Shown: one piece after another, positions 35,597-51,587 of the stretch | Numbering within the stretch: position 1 is the first letter of the stretch | Layout of the letters: each line of letters begins with the position of its first letter | NCBI RefSeq assembly: GCF_009914755.1 | Contig: NC_060925.1 | Direction: 5' to 3' (one strand) | Source: the human T2T-CHM13v2.0 reference genome, Homo sapiens | DNA: 64,000 nt | Notes under the pieces: model-generated | Told to the model about the DNA's origin: nothing | Seen by the model: only the letters and a program-made list of their open reading frames with translations | Database searches by the model: none | Position numbers and translations under genes: made by a program

Positions 35597-36239
35597 GATG
35601 GGAGTTTCTTAAACACCTATTGTGTGTATGAGAGAGGAAGGCAGGGAAAAGTGCCAACCCAGTACCTGCTGGGTGCAGGGTCTGGTGCTGGGAGCCTCAC
35701 ATGTGGGTGCAGCCTCCCAGCTTTCACAGCATTCGGTATACTCCCAAAGGACAGGGGAGGAAACTGAAGCTCAAAGGGCTGGAGCCACTGTTTTGGGTTG
35801 AGTTCCTTCACACGAAGACCCCGGGACAAGTAGTGGATTTGGGAGGTGATCCCAGGAAGCACAGGTAAGGAAGTGGGACAAGGAGAGGAAAGAAGCTAGT
35901 TCAAAGAATGTCAGTGAGCAAGTTACCACTGTGGGCAACCAGGGCTAAGTCCCAGTGGGAACCTCCAGGACACAGTGTAGACTGTGCCTCTCACTGTTTC
36001 ACCGGTGGAGGAAGAAGTAGAATGTTGATCACCAACTCCCCGTGCCCTTGGTTGGAAGCTGCTCTGAGGATCTTATCTCCCAGATATTTCCAACCTGCTG
36101 TGCATGGCCCCAAAGCCCTGAGGCAGAGAGTACAGGGGGCTACAGGCAGAAGCTGCCTGCATGATGGGAACAGTGAATGACACAGGATGGGGCAGGGCCA
36201 TAACAGCACCTACTGAGCCATCCATAATGAAAGACTGTC

Positions 36240-36548
<309 letters not shown>

Positions 36549-36588
36549 TCATCATTCCAGTGACCTCACCCTGCACTTGATAGACTCG

Positions 36589-36961
36589 TGTATTAGTCTG
36601 TTCTCACACTGCTATAAAGAACTATCTGAGACTGGGGTTATGAAGAAAAAAGGTTTCATGGACTCACAGTTCCACAGGCTTAACAGGAAGCATGATTGGG
36701 AGGCCTCAGGAAACTTACAATCATGGCGGAAGGGGAAGGGGAAGCAAGCATGTCTTACCATGATGGGGCAGGAGAGAGAGAGCAAGCGGGGAGGCACCAC
36801 ACACTTTTAAACCATTCGATCTCATGAGAACTCACTATCATGAGAACAACATGGAGAAATCTGTCCCAATAATCCAATCACCTCCCACCAGGCCCCTCCT
36901 TCAACACATGGGGGTTACAGTTCTATAGATTTGGGTGGAAACACAGAGCCAAACCATATCA
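36589..36961 (-). mobile_element. Solo MST-family MaLR LTR
   Basis: tgtattagtctgttctcacactgctataaag...gccaaaccatatca termini. Confidence 0.85.
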
Positions 36962-37465
36962 CCTCCAGAATCATCCTACCTCTGAAATATTTGTCCCACT
37001 CCCTGAAACAACCACTTCTGTTTTGGGCACCCTCAGCAGACTTTTCAATGACACCCCATCCATGGTAACTGCCATAGTGGCCCCTGGGTCCCTCAAAATC
37101 AACAGCTCCCACCCAAACTAAACTAGTCACTGTCCCCAACACCAAATGTGCTTCTCCTCTGATGGTTCATATTTTAGATAATGGTGCAACCAACCCATAA
37201 AGCCAGCAATGTAGGAGCCTGCCCCAACTTCCTTTCCCCTCACTCCCACACCCATTGGTCACACTTGAGTTTAGTTACCACTTCTGCCTCTGAAATGGCA
37301 TCTGAAGCCATAACTACCCCAGTTCGCCATCTCTCCTGCATGATTCAGCAGCCTCCTCACTGGCCTGGGTGTCTCTGCTCCTGCCTGCTCCCTGCCCACC
37401 CTAAAACCACATTCTACTACTTGCTGCCCTGTCCCATCCTATGATCTTTCTAAAATGCGAATCTG

Positions 37466-37803
<338 letters not shown>

Positions 37804-38354
37804 CTACCACTTAGGCTAAAATCCAAAGTCTTCTTTTTGGCATTCATACCCCTTCAGGTCACCTCCCTAACACGTCTCAGACTTTCTCCACCTCTCGAGC
37901 TCCATACCCTGGCCCCCGACATCTCTCTCACTTCTCTGCATGTGCTGTGCCCTGAGCCTGCATTGCCCTGCTTTCTGCCCCACTGGCCCTTGGTGGACTC
38001 TGAACCTTTAAAACAGTTGTCACCTCCTCCAAGGGGTTATCTTGACCCCACCCCAAGCTGGGAGAGTTCCTTTTCGCTGGGTGCACCTCTAGCACAGAGG
38101 GGACACCTGCACCCCAGCTGGATGGTTTTTCCGAGGATATCCTCGGCCTTCTGGGCTTTCATTCCAGTGCTCTGCACAGAACTTGGTCCAGAGCGCATCC
38201 TCTCCCTTATGTCCGTCTCCACTGCCTCCCTAGCACATCCTAAGTGCTCAGCAGCCATCCATGGATTGCACTACTCAAGGATGCACCGCTAGGAAATGTC
38301 TTTGTCAATGTGAACCCATGTTCATATGTGTTCAAAATCTGCTTTTAACCCTGC

Positions 38355-38670
38355 TGAGTTCATGTGGGCTGCCATAACAAAATGCCGTAGACCGGGTGGC
38401 TTATCATCAACAGACATTTACTTCTCCCAGTTCTGGAGGCTGGCAAGTCCAAGATCAAGGTGCCAGCAGATTCTGTCTGGTAGAGGTCGATTTCCTGGCT
38501 CACAGATGGCTTCTTGCCATGTCCTCACATGGTGGAAGGGGTGAACAAGCTCCTGTGGGCCTATTTTATAATGGTGCTAATCCCATCACCTCCCCAAAGG
38601 CCCTGCCGCCTAATACCAGAGCCATGGGGGTTGGGATTTCATGAGTTTTGGAGCAGCCATTCAGACTACG
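38355..38670 (-). mobile_element. MLT1A-type MaLR LTR remnant
   Basis: gctgccataacaaaatgcc...cagttctggaggctggcaagtccaagatcaaggtgccagcag signature. Confidence 0.75.
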
Positions 38671-39920
38671 GCACCTGCTGGATGGAGTGGCAGGGTGGCC
38701 TGGTAGAGCAGTTCAGCACGAGCACCCAGAACCCAGACCATGTCAGTACAAATCACAACTCTGGCAGTTACTAGCTGTGTGGCCTTGGACAAGTAAAGTT
38801 ACTTGGTCCCTCTAGGCCTCTGATTCGTTGTCGGTGAAATGAGGAGAGTGGTGTCTACCTGCAAGGCGTGATAAGGATTGAAGGGGCCAGCACATGGGGA
38901 ATGTGGAGACCTGTGCCAGCACATAGTATAATAAGTTCAGAATGCACTGACCTCATTGAAGACCTCAGGTCTTCTTGTATTTTTTCTTTTGAACCCATCT
39001 CTCCTTGAAGTCACCTCTGGGTGGGGCCTCCTGCTGCCTGGCTGCCCCTCCCTCCAATCAGCAGCCTGGCCGTGACTTCTCTCCTGGTCCCCAGGGGAGG
39101 TGGTAGAGAGGGAACAAAGGCTGCCTGCCTGCCAGGGGCATTAGGGAGTGCCTGAGCCACCCACAAGATGAGTCAATATGGATGCCTGGGTGCCTGCCAG
39201 TGCCCTGCTGTGCTGACTCCCATGGCTGAGCCCGGAGGACCCAGCCTCAAACTTCCAGGGGCTCTCTTGGCATATGATGACCGCTTCTGTCTATGGCTGG
39301 CTCTGCAGCACCCTGGAGCTAGTAGGCCTAGGGCTCTCCAGGAGGTTGAGAGTATGCTCCTGGGATGGATGCTGTCCAAGGGCAGGGGGCTGATGCTGTG
39401 TGTGCCCATTTCTGGCACTGTGCACCTATGTGCACCCATCTCTGGGTGTATGCCAGAAAATTCATGTTTCAGAGACCCCCAAGGTTCCTTAGACCACACC
39501 TTGAGAACCATGACTTGACCTCATATCACTTAGAGGGCCAGGAGGGAAGGAGCAAAAAATGAAGAACCGAAAGAGTCCAAGACAAACCAAAGCAAAAACC
39601 ATGTGCTGAAGGGAAGTTTTATTTTAGTTTACTCTGATGCCTGTATAAATAGTAAACATTTGCGTAGATGATATTATGTTTAGATGTTTGGTGTCTCCCT
39701 CCTCATGACTTAAAAATTAACTAAAAGGTTTTTTTCTAAAAGAGCAAATAACTGGAACTCCCCAAATGACCTTAACAGTAGAATGAAGAAATAAATGTTC
39801 ATCATCTGGTCTTGCTGTTTTCTTGGGTACATGATCCCATCTTAATATCTATGCATTGGGCACTAAGTATAGTAGTCTTTCTGTGGGTGACTGTCCTCTG
39901 CTTGTGAATATGCCTTGTGT

Positions 39921-40367
<447 letters not shown>

Positions 40368-43300
40368 CTAGATCTGCATGTACCCAGACATATATGTGTT
40401 TATTTCTCCCTCTGGATATATACAAAGATTTTGAGTGAATGTCCATGTCTACATGCAAATGTCACAGCTGTGTGTGTGAGTATCACGAGAACTATGTGTG
40501 TGTCTCTTCATATGGACACGTCTATCTTTATAAGTGCACATCTATTCCATGGGTACACAGCTTCTGCTGGTGTATAGATCTGTGCCCGAGTGTGTGGAGC
40601 TTTGAGTATAGATGGTCACAAAGCTCTGGGGTACACATCTGCATACCTCTGTGCATGTCTGTGGAGGTCTCCAAGGGTGCACCTCTATAGCTGGGGCTCT
40701 CTCTAAGCACGTTTTGTCTTCATATCTGTATCCTGTCACTGGTTCCCGGGTCCAGGGGTGGTGCCCAGGGGATAGCAAGGTGCTGCCTAACACCTCCTTG
40801 TCCACAGAGGTCTGGGCTGACCTGGGGGTGTGGCAGAGGGCAGGAGCAGGAAGGCCACTCCACCCCTGGGGATTCCTGGCTGGGCCCCAGCAGCCACATT
40901 TCTCCCTTAACAAGGGCCCTGGGGACTTGGGGGGGAGTTTTCGATGAGTAGGGGCCCTATGCAGAGGCCACAAGGCAGGGCCCTCGGGAAACAGTCCTCA
41001 CTCTCTGCTCCTGAGGTGCCTGTTACCTCCAGACCTCCTCTGTCAGAGCCTGGTAGCCATGGAGTCAGCACAGTACAAGTGGGTGTGTGTATGAGTGGGG
41101 TGGGGGTCCCTACATGATGGAGGAGGGGAAGGAGAAACAGGGCAGGAATACAGGAGAGAGAGGGGTGAAGGATCACACAGAAAGGTGGAAAGCTGACAGC
41201 AAGGGAGGTGAGTGGCAACCCTGACCGAGCCAAGGCTGCTGGTGGACTGGGATGCAGCCCATGGGGTCTTGCTGGCTCCTCACACCCCACCCTAGGGATG
41301 GGACTGTGCCAAGAGGAGGATGAGGACGCTGTGTCCCCTTCCTTCCCCTCTCTCTGAGTCTCTCAATTTCTCTCACAGTCTCTCTGCTCAGTTCCCGTTC
41401 CCAAAGGCTGGAATGTGACAATCACATGCCAGGAATGACATCCTGGAAGTCCAGATGGGCCAAAGACAAGATTTCCCAAGAGCCCTCAGACAAGGGCATG
41501 ACCTTCATAGCCTCCAGCTCCTGGGCCAGTGGGAAGAAAGTAAGGAGGGGGCCAGAATTGCTGCCATTTTGACCCCCACCCCTAGCTCTGGGCCCTCCCA
41601 CACCCTATCTCGCTGAGCCTCCCAAACCTGCAGGAGAGTGTACTGTCCCCACATCACAGATGAGGGACCTGAGGCCCAGCAACGTGAAGGGGCTGCTTCC
41701 AAAGCTGGGGCAGGGTGAGTGCTGGGAGTCAGCCAAAGAATGGCCCCTCGTGGGATCCGCCTGCCCCTCATAGCTCTGTGAGATGTGAGTGTTCCTGGCA
41801 GCACTAGCCACTGTTCCTGCCCATGGTTTTGTGGAAGGAGCAAGGGTTTGGATTCTAGTTCCACATCTGACTTGCTGCATAACCTGGGGCAACTCACTCA
41901 CTTATTCTTGTGGGCCTCAGTTTCCCACGTGTAAAGTACCTTGCTGGGCTGCCGTGAGGACTGATGCAAGATCCAGAAGGCAAAAGGGCTTTGTAAACTG
42001 TAAAGCACTGTGCACCAGTAGGTGTCCATGTGTTCACAAGTGGATGAGTGCCACCACAGCAACCTGAGCAATGACTAGAGGGGCCGCGGACGGGGCTGGG
42101 GGATTCACTAAGCACTTTGCAGGGGGCATTTAATCCTCATCATGGCCCTCTGAATAGAGACCACAACTGCCCATTGCACAGATGAAGAAACTGGGGTGAA
42201 GTAACTGCCCAGGACCTCACATCCTCTAAGTGGCAGAACCAGGATTCAAATCCGGGACTGTCCAGCTGCAATGCTGGTCCTCTGAGCCACCAGATCGGGC
42301 CGCCAGGGGAGTCGGATGGAAGAGGGTCCTGAAAGAGGATCGGCAGGGCCAGGAGGCAGCAGGGTGGGGAGATATGCACAGGAAGCCTCCTGTTGGTCCA
42401 TTCTCTCCTCACACTCCTTTGACCACTAATTAGTCTTGCGTCTTTGGCCAAGTTAGGGCCTTCAGCAAGCCAAGGTACGTGGAGGAAGTTCACGGTTACA
42501 GAAGGGAAGCTGCCCTGTGCCCTTCCCTGCTGGAATGGCTGTCCCAGGACCCTGACCTCCAGGGCGTTGGCTGGAATGTTTTGCTGCTGGCTTTTCCCCT
42601 GTGGGCCTTCCCATCCTCACCCCTTCTCATCCTTCCCACCACACTTCACCCCTCCCTAACTCCCCTCGGCTACTCATTCACAACCAGCTCTAGGGACTAA
42701 GAACAGCTCAGCACAGGAGCCTTCCACAGTGCCCTGCCTTGCCCTGGATACCAAGCCTAACACCTCCCTGCTCCACAATAAAGCAAATATTGAACTCCTA
42801 CTGTTTGCCAGGCACACTCATATCCAGCCATATCCAAACTAGGTGACCTTGGGCAAGTTTCTTAACCTCCCCTCTGTATCTCAGTTTCCTCATCTGTAAA
42901 ATGGGAACAATGAGGTAAAATGTAAAGGGTATGGAAGAAGAGCACATGGCCGTGTGGGAAGCTGTATTTAAACGTTCATTAATTTAAATTAAGATCTGTA
43001 TAACACCTTTGCAAGGTAAGAATTACCAGCTCCGTTTCACTATTTGGTGACTAGGGCTCAGAGAGAATGGCTTTTATTCATTTTATTTATTCAACCAGCA
43101 TCTATTGAGTACCTACTATGTGCCAGGCTCAATGCGTGATACTTTTGCACATTATCCCATTTAATACCCATAGCTGTGTGGGGAGGCGTTAGCATCCCCC
43201 ACTATTTCCAAACACTCCCCCAGGGGCAGTATCACCCTGCTTGACACCCCTGGTTCGCTGTCTGACTTCCCTACCAGCTTAAACACTGGGAGGGCAGAGA

Positions 43301-43418
43301 ACTGCATTTTGTTCACTGCTGTGTTTCAGCACGTGGCACAGATTAAGTGCTCAACAGATACCTGTTGAGAGAAGGAATGAAAACATCCACAGTTTAAAAA
43401 TGTGGAAACTGCAGTTCT

Positions 43419-43720
43419 GGCCCCAGGTGCAGTGGCTCACGCCTGTAATCCCAGCACTTTGGGAGGCTGAGGCGGGCAGTTTACTTGAGGTCAGGAGTTC
43501 AAGACCAGCCTGGCTAACATGGTGAAATCCCGTCTCTACTAAAAATACAAAAATTAGCCGGGCATGGTGGCGGGCGCCTATAATCCCAGCTACTTGGGAG
43601 GCTGAGGCAGGGATAATTGCTTGAACCTGGGAGACAGAGGTTGCAGTGAACCAAGATGGCGGCCACTGCACTCCAGCGTGGGGAACAGAGAGAGACTCCG
43701 TCTCAAGAAAAAAATAAAAA
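43419..43720 (+). mobile_element. AluS
   Basis: Full dimer; TSD gaaactgcagttc. Confidence 0.92.
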
Positions 43721-45040
43721 GAAACTGCAGTTCAGAGAAATTAAGTGATTTGCCCAAAATCACACAGGGGCTCAATGGCAGAGCTGAGATTTGAACCTAT
43801 GTCTGACCAGCTCCAAAGCCTGTGTTCTTACCACAGTGCTAATTCCACACATGGGAACCTCACTGGTGGAGAGGAAGAGCTGTGAGCTGAGGTGCAGATG
43901 AGGGCCGCGGGCTGTAGATGTCTGGAGAGGCAGGCAGCTGGGGGCAAGACCCCCATAGAGGCTCCTTCTTTAAGAGCCCTGGGTTTCTCCCGCCTCCAAC
44001 CTGTCCACTTGTGTTTCCCCTCAGGCTGCTGGTCATTCCGGTCAGGGGAGCAGTGCTCCCTCAACAGGTCCTCCATCAGGAAAGAGGGCCAGCCAAGCTG
44101 GAGCTTGGAAAGCCCAGACACAGAAGCTGCCACACCCAGGCCCCTGGGCCTCCTACTGTTCACAGGCTCAGCAGGGAGCTCAGAGTGACAGCGAAGAGCT
44201 CAGAGAGAAGGGTGTGCCTAAGCTTTGGACTAGCAAAGCTGGAGGGGACTCTAGAGAGCAAGTCCAACCCCCTCTTCCTACCCCCTTTGCTGGCTGTGGA
44301 AACTGAGGCCCAGAGAGAGCAGAAAGAAAAGACAGAAGCCCACACTCACTGAGTGTCTACTGGGTAGCAGGCCGAGCACCAGACCTTTCACATTTGTTTT
44401 GACAGCATCTGCAGCCCCCAGGAGACGGTGGACTCCTCGAGTCAGGGTCCTCAGGAACTCAGCAGAAAACCTGCATAGAAGCAGGTGTTCGGGAATGTCT
44501 GCTGAACACCTGCATGAATGACTTATTTAGTTCCCAGAACAATCAACTAGGTAGGAATTACTATCCTATTGAGGAAACTGCAGCCCAGAAAGGAAGCAAT
44601 TGACCGTTGCCTCAAATGCTGCTGAGAAATGAGCTCTGGATAGCAGGGACCTTATCGGGAGCACATGGGGTGGAGATGGGGAGTGGACACCAGGCTGCAG
44701 TGGGTTGAGGAATGAAGGGAGGGGAGGAAGCAGGCGCTGCAAGTTGTAAGCAGCTCTTCAAGGCAAGGTGGGAAATATGAGGGGGCAGGGGCGAGGCATT
44801 CTTCCCTGGAGGAACCCAGAGTAAGGCAGGCTGGTGCTGGGCTTTGTGGCATTACCATGGGGGAACTTGGACAGGCTTCAGAGTTGGCTGGACAGAGCCA
44901 GTAGAGATATTCTGGAGATTCCCTGGAGGAAAAGATCCATTTATCCAGAGGGCCAGGGATCACTGAACTGGGCAAGAAGGTTTGCTCCTTGCCAAAGACC
45001 CCAGCTCCCCTGTATTAGTCCGTTTTCATGCTGCTGATAA

Positions 45041-45368
<328 letters not shown>

Positions 45369-46745
45369 AAAAAAAGAGGTTTAATTGGACTTACAGTTCC
45401 ACATGGCTGGGGAGGCCTCAGAATCATGGCAGGAGGCAAAAGGTACTGGCAAAAGAAATGGGGAAGAAGCAAAAGCGGAAACTCCTAATAAACCCATCAG
45501 ATCTCGTGAGACTTATTCACTATCACGACAACAGCAGGGTTTGAAAGAATGGCCCCCATGATTCAATTACCTCCCCGAGTCCCTCCCACAACACGTGAGA
45601 ATTCTGGGAGATATAATTCAAGTTGAAATTTGAATGGGACACAGCCAAACCATATCATTCTGCCCCTGGCCTCCAAATCTCATGTCCTCACACTTCAAAA
45701 CCTTCCCAATAGTCCCTCAAAGTCTTAACTCATTTCAGCATTAACCCAAAAGTCCACAGTCCAAAGTCTCATCTAAGACAAGGCAAGTCCCTTCTGTCTA
45801 TGAGCCTGTAAAATCAAAAGCAAGCTAGTTACTTCCTAGATACAACAGGGGTACAGGCATTGGGTAAATACAGGTGTTCCAAATGGGAGAAAATGCCAAA
45901 AAAAAAAAAAAAAAGGCATTACAGGGCCCATGGAAGTCTGAAATCCAGCAGGGCAGACACATTTTAAAGCTCCAAAATAATCTCCTTTGACTCTAGGTCT
46001 CACATCCAGGTCACACTGATGCAAGAGGTGGGTTACAATGGTCTGGGGCAGCTCCGCCCCTGTGGCTTTGCAGGGTACAGCCTCCTTCCCGGCTGCTTTC
46101 AAGAGCTGGAGTTGTGTGTTGTCGTGTCTGCAGCTTGTCCAGGTACACGGCGCAAGCTGTCGGTGGATCTACCATTCTGGGTCTGGAGGACGGCGGTAGC
46201 TCTTCTCTTCTCACAGTTCCACTAGGCGGTACCCCCAGTAGGGACTCGGTGGGGGCTCCAACTCCACATTTCCCTTCCACACTGCCCTAGCAGAGGTTCT
46301 CCATGAGGGCCCCGCCCCGGCAGCAAACTTTTGCTTGCGCATCCAGGCGTTTCCATATATCCTCTGAAATCTAGGTGGAGGTTCCCAAACCTCAACTCGT
46401 GACTTCTGTGCACCCACAGGCTCAACACCACGTGGAAGCTGCCAAGTGGGGCTTCCATTCTCTGAAACCATAGCCCAAGCTGTCCATTGGCCCCTTTCAG
46501 CCATGGCTGGAGCAGTTGGGTAGGGCACCATGTCTCTAGATTGCACACTGCACGAGCACCCTGGGCCCGGCCCATGAAACCACTTTTTCCTCCTGGGCTT
46601 CCGGTCCTGTGATGGGAGAGGCTGCCGTGAAGTTCTCTGACATGGCCTGGAGACATTTTCCCCAAGGTCTTGGGGATTAACATTAGGCTCCTTGCTACTT
46701 ATGCAAATTTCCATGGCTTGAATTTCTCCTAAAAAATGGTTTTTT

Positions 46746-46992
46746 GGCCGGAAGTGGTGGCTGACGCCTGTAATCCCAGCACTTTGGGAGGCCGAGGAAG
46801 GTGGATCACGAGGTCAGGAGATCGAGACCATCCTGGTTAACATGGTGAAACCCCGTCTCTACTAAAAATACAAAAAATTGTGAGGCAGGAGAATCGCTTG
46901 AACCCAAGAGGTGGAGGTTGCAGTGAGCCTAGATTGCGCCACTGCGCTCCAGCCTGGGCAACAGAGCAAGACTCCATTTCAAAAAAAAAAAA
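46746..46992 (+). mobile_element. Alu with internal deletion, nested in the THE1A internal region
   Basis: Left arm joined directly to the mid right arm (aaaaaattgtgaggcagg). Confidence 0.88.
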
Positions 46993-49165
46993 TTTTTTTT
47001 TCTACTGCATCATCAGGGTGCAAATTTTCCAAACTTTTCTGCTCTGTTTCCCTTTTAAAATGGGATGCTTTTAACAGTACCCAAGTCACCTCTTGAAAGC
47101 TTTTCTGCTTAGAAATTTCTTCCACCAGATACCCTAAATCATCTCACTCAAGTTCAAAGTTCCACAAATCTCTAGGGCAGGGGCAAAATGCCGCCAGTTT
47201 CTCTGCTAAAACATAACAAGAGTCACCTTTGCTCCAGTTCCCAACAAGTTCCTCATCTCCATCTGAGACCACCTCAGCCTGGACCTTATTGTTCATATCG
47301 CTATCAGCATTTTGGGCAAAGCCATTCAACAAATCTCTAGGAAGTTCCAAACTTTCCCACATTTTCCTGTCTTCTTCTGAGGCCTCCAAACTGTTCCAGC
47401 CTCTGCCTGTTACCCAGTTCCAAAGTCACTTCCGCATTTTCGGGTATCTTTTCAGCAACGCCCCCCTCTATTGGTACCATTTTACTGTATTAGTCCATTT
47501 TCACGCTGCTGATAAAGACATACCTGAGACGGGGAAGAAAAGCTTTAATTGGACTTACAGTCCCACATGGCTGGGGAGGCCTCAGAATCATGGCGGGAGG
47601 CGAAAGGTACTTCTTACATAGTGGTGGCAAGAGAAAATGAGGAAGACGCAAAAGTGGAAATCCCTGATAAAACCATCAGATCTTGTGAGAGTTATTATCT
47701 ACCATGAGAACAGCATGGGAAAGACTGGCCCCCATGATTCAATTACCTCCCCCTGGGTTCCTCCCACAACACATGGGAATTCTGGGAGATGCAATTCAAG
47801 TTAAGATTTGGAAGGGGACACAGCCAAACCATATCATCCCCTTAGAGGGAAGCAGGAGAAGGGAATTAACATTCACTGACACTCCCCTGTGGGCTAGGCA
47901 CTGAGCTGACCACTTGGTTCACACAATCTCCTCTACTCCGCAAAGCAGCCCCGGGAGGAAAGAACCAGCATCTTCATCTGACAGAAGAGTGGTCACCAAC
48001 TCACGGTCACACGGCTTCCACCAGCTCACCCCTTCCTTCAACAGACACTGCCTCCACACAGTGGCCAGCCAGACATCACACTAGATGTGGTCATGGGGTG
48101 GGGAGGGGATACAGTATCGAGCCCTGCCCTCATACAAGAACACCACTTTCTCCACTAGCTCCTTTACCTCTTGCTTATCAATTTCTTTGCCTATAAAATA
48201 AAGAAGCTGCTGATCCCTAAGGATTGTGAGAATAAAGCAAAGTGACATAGCAGACACTGTTGATGTGCTTATCCATATCCCCCGCCCAACTGGAGGTAAC
48301 TGCGGGAACTTTTCTATGTGCACTGATGGCTTCCTGTGTGTCTCTGCCTGGGGGCTTCTCTGGCTGCCAAACACTTGGCCCACCCAGAGGAAGCTGAAGT
48401 GCCAGGAGTTCATGTTCTCGGCCAATAAGGAGTCTGGTTGTCGGTGCATAAATGCCCCAGCTTCTCCATCCCTCGGTGGGATCACTGAGGCATGTTCCAC
48501 ACAGTCTCTTGGCAAGGCCCCAGCAGAAAGAGCTCCGGGTGCCACCAGGAGTAGCCTGTCCATCCACATGCCCTTCATTGTCTTTCCCCATGACTTCCTC
48601 ACCATGCTTCCCTGAAGCACCTCCACATAAACTTCTTGCACCCACATCCTTGTTCAGCGTCAGCTTTGGGGCAAACCCAGCCTAAAACAGTAACATTTTA
48701 CAGCCTGGTACCCAGTAGACACTTAGCAAATGCTGTCTACCTTGACACTCATTTTCATTTTTATAGAAACAGACAGCTTTGAGAACACGGTTGCAGCTCT
48801 AGCTGAGTCACCGGTGGCTCATCAGCATCTTCCAGGAGCAAGTATGGGCCTGTGGCCTGGGGATGCAGCAAGAGGGAGGGGACTGAGGGCCACGGGCCTC
48901 AGCCTGTAGCCTCATGGGTCTGTAGCCTCAGCCACTTGGAAGCTAGGTTAATCTCTGTCATATACACACACTCTACAGTTTATAAAGTTGTTTTCTTGTG
49001 TTCCAGGGCCTACATCCCATTTTCCCTCCCATTGTTCCAAATCATATGTTCCAACTCAGGGTTCTGTGTTCAACACATTAGGCTTCAAGCCTAATGTGCC
49101 AAATGCTCTGCTTGTTGCAAATACACCCCTCCTCCTCCACCACCACCACCTCCCTCTCCTTCCAG

Positions 49166-49504
49166 GTTCCCTTGGGGTCCACCAGGCTGGAGGTGAAGTT
49201 CCCCTGCATCTGGGCAGAGGAGCTGATATGGCTCACCTGCCTTCTAAGCTGGCTGGTGAGGCCCACCAGCCGGCCCATTGTGCCCACCTGGCCATGATTT
49301 TGAGTGCTGGGACCAGGTCAAGGGTGTCACCTTGCCCCGCTACAAGTTAGTCTGCTCTATTAGCATTGGGAGCCAGGGGCAGGACGATGTGGTGGTCTCC
49401 AGCCAGAGCCTGTGGGACCTGCATGCAGACAGCTTTCCCACCTCCCACTATGTGAACCCACGCTCTTCTGCGTGGCACTGGTGCATGACATCTGTTTGGA
49501 GTGA
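49166..49504 (+). pseudogene. Frameshifted Tctex-1 domain (DYNLT4/DYNLT5-like dynein light chain) pseudo-exon
   Basis: Four frame segments join to ...EVKFPCIWAEELI/AHLPSKLAGEAHQPAHCAHLAMILS/DQVKGVTLPRYKLVCSISIGSQGQDDVVVSSQSLWDLHADSFPTSHYVN/TLFCVALVHDICLE*; PRYK, LWD-xx-D and N-x-x-LF...E* hallmarks; polypyrimidine-AG acceptor immediately upstream. Confidence 0.82.
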
Positions 49505-50781
49505 GCCCTGCAGGATGAGGCCCACGTGGGGCCCCACATTAGACCCTGGCACCCAAACCTCAGCCTCCAGCCCATCAGTCAGTGATCCCCTGTGAAAGCA
49601 GCACCTACCTGGGCAACCCCAGCAGCTTCCATGACTCATGGTCCATTAAAAAAAAGAAACAGAGTAAGATGCACCTACGTTTCCCCTCCTTGGGCCACCT
49701 GGGCCACACACACTGCTGAGCTCCTTTGCCTCTGGCTGGAATTATGTCAACCACTGCAGCTCCCAGCTGGATGTACAGATCAGAAGCTCTGAGGGGCAGC
49801 TATCTGTGTCTTTGATTAATAAAAAATGGGAGATAAATTAATAATGACTTAAAACATGCAATTTGGGATCAAAATCTCCCAAAGCATGGGAAAAATAATA
49901 AAAAGGAGAGTTCTTGATAGTGAAAGTCTGGAAATAAATGCTGTCCTCAGAGGTCAACCATGAGTCAGGGCACTGTTGGGGAGGGAGAAAGAAGGGGGAA
50001 CGGGGTCTTACACCCACTCCGTGCCAGGTGCTGTGTTTGGGGTTTACACATTTCCCTCATCCTCACACAACCCCAGGAGACAGTGTTACCATTCCCATTT
50101 TATAGATGAGCAAACTGAGGTTCACAGAGCCCAAGTTACTTGCCCTAGGTCACAGGATCAGTAAGAGACTCAAACCTAGGTCTGCTTCCTTGACAAAGGA
50201 AAACAAAACGACAAAAAAAGAAAGAAAAAAATAGGCCAACAGTGTGGTGCTTGGCAAGTCATTCTGGTTTGAGTTTATGAGGAAGAGGGACAAGTAGAGG
50301 GAACAGCCCATCAGCTATGAATACCAGGAATGATTTATATGATTTACTGCTGTGTCTCCTGCACCTAGAATGGGGCCTGGAACACAGTTCATGCTCAGAA
50401 ATAATCTTCAGTGAATGGCTAAAATGTGTGGGGGGATAAAGAGGCATAGTCCATTCTGAGGTAGGAGAGAGAAAGTGAATGTTTCTAAGCCCCTAGTTTC
50501 TAGAGAGCATTGAACAAGCACATTGGATTTTTTTTTAAATGTTTAATTATGGAACTATTTGAAAAACAGAAAAAGGTAGAAAATAATATAGTAGACATTG
50601 GGGAACTCATTGCCCAGATTTACCAGGGGTTCATATTTTGTCATGTTTATGTCAAGTATTTTTATAGTAAAATACAAATACAGATATGGCTAAAAACCCC
50701 ATCACCCCATCCCATTCCCTTCCACCTATCACCACAGGCCACCACTATCCTTGAAGCTGGTGTGTCTCTGTCTCTTCCTGA

Positions 50782-51587
<806 letters not shown>

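Noticed and set aside
45836-47621. Several ORFs with protein-like text (e.g. MWESLELPRDLLNGF...)
   Set aside because: Degenerate THE1 internal ORF remnants, part of the retroelement
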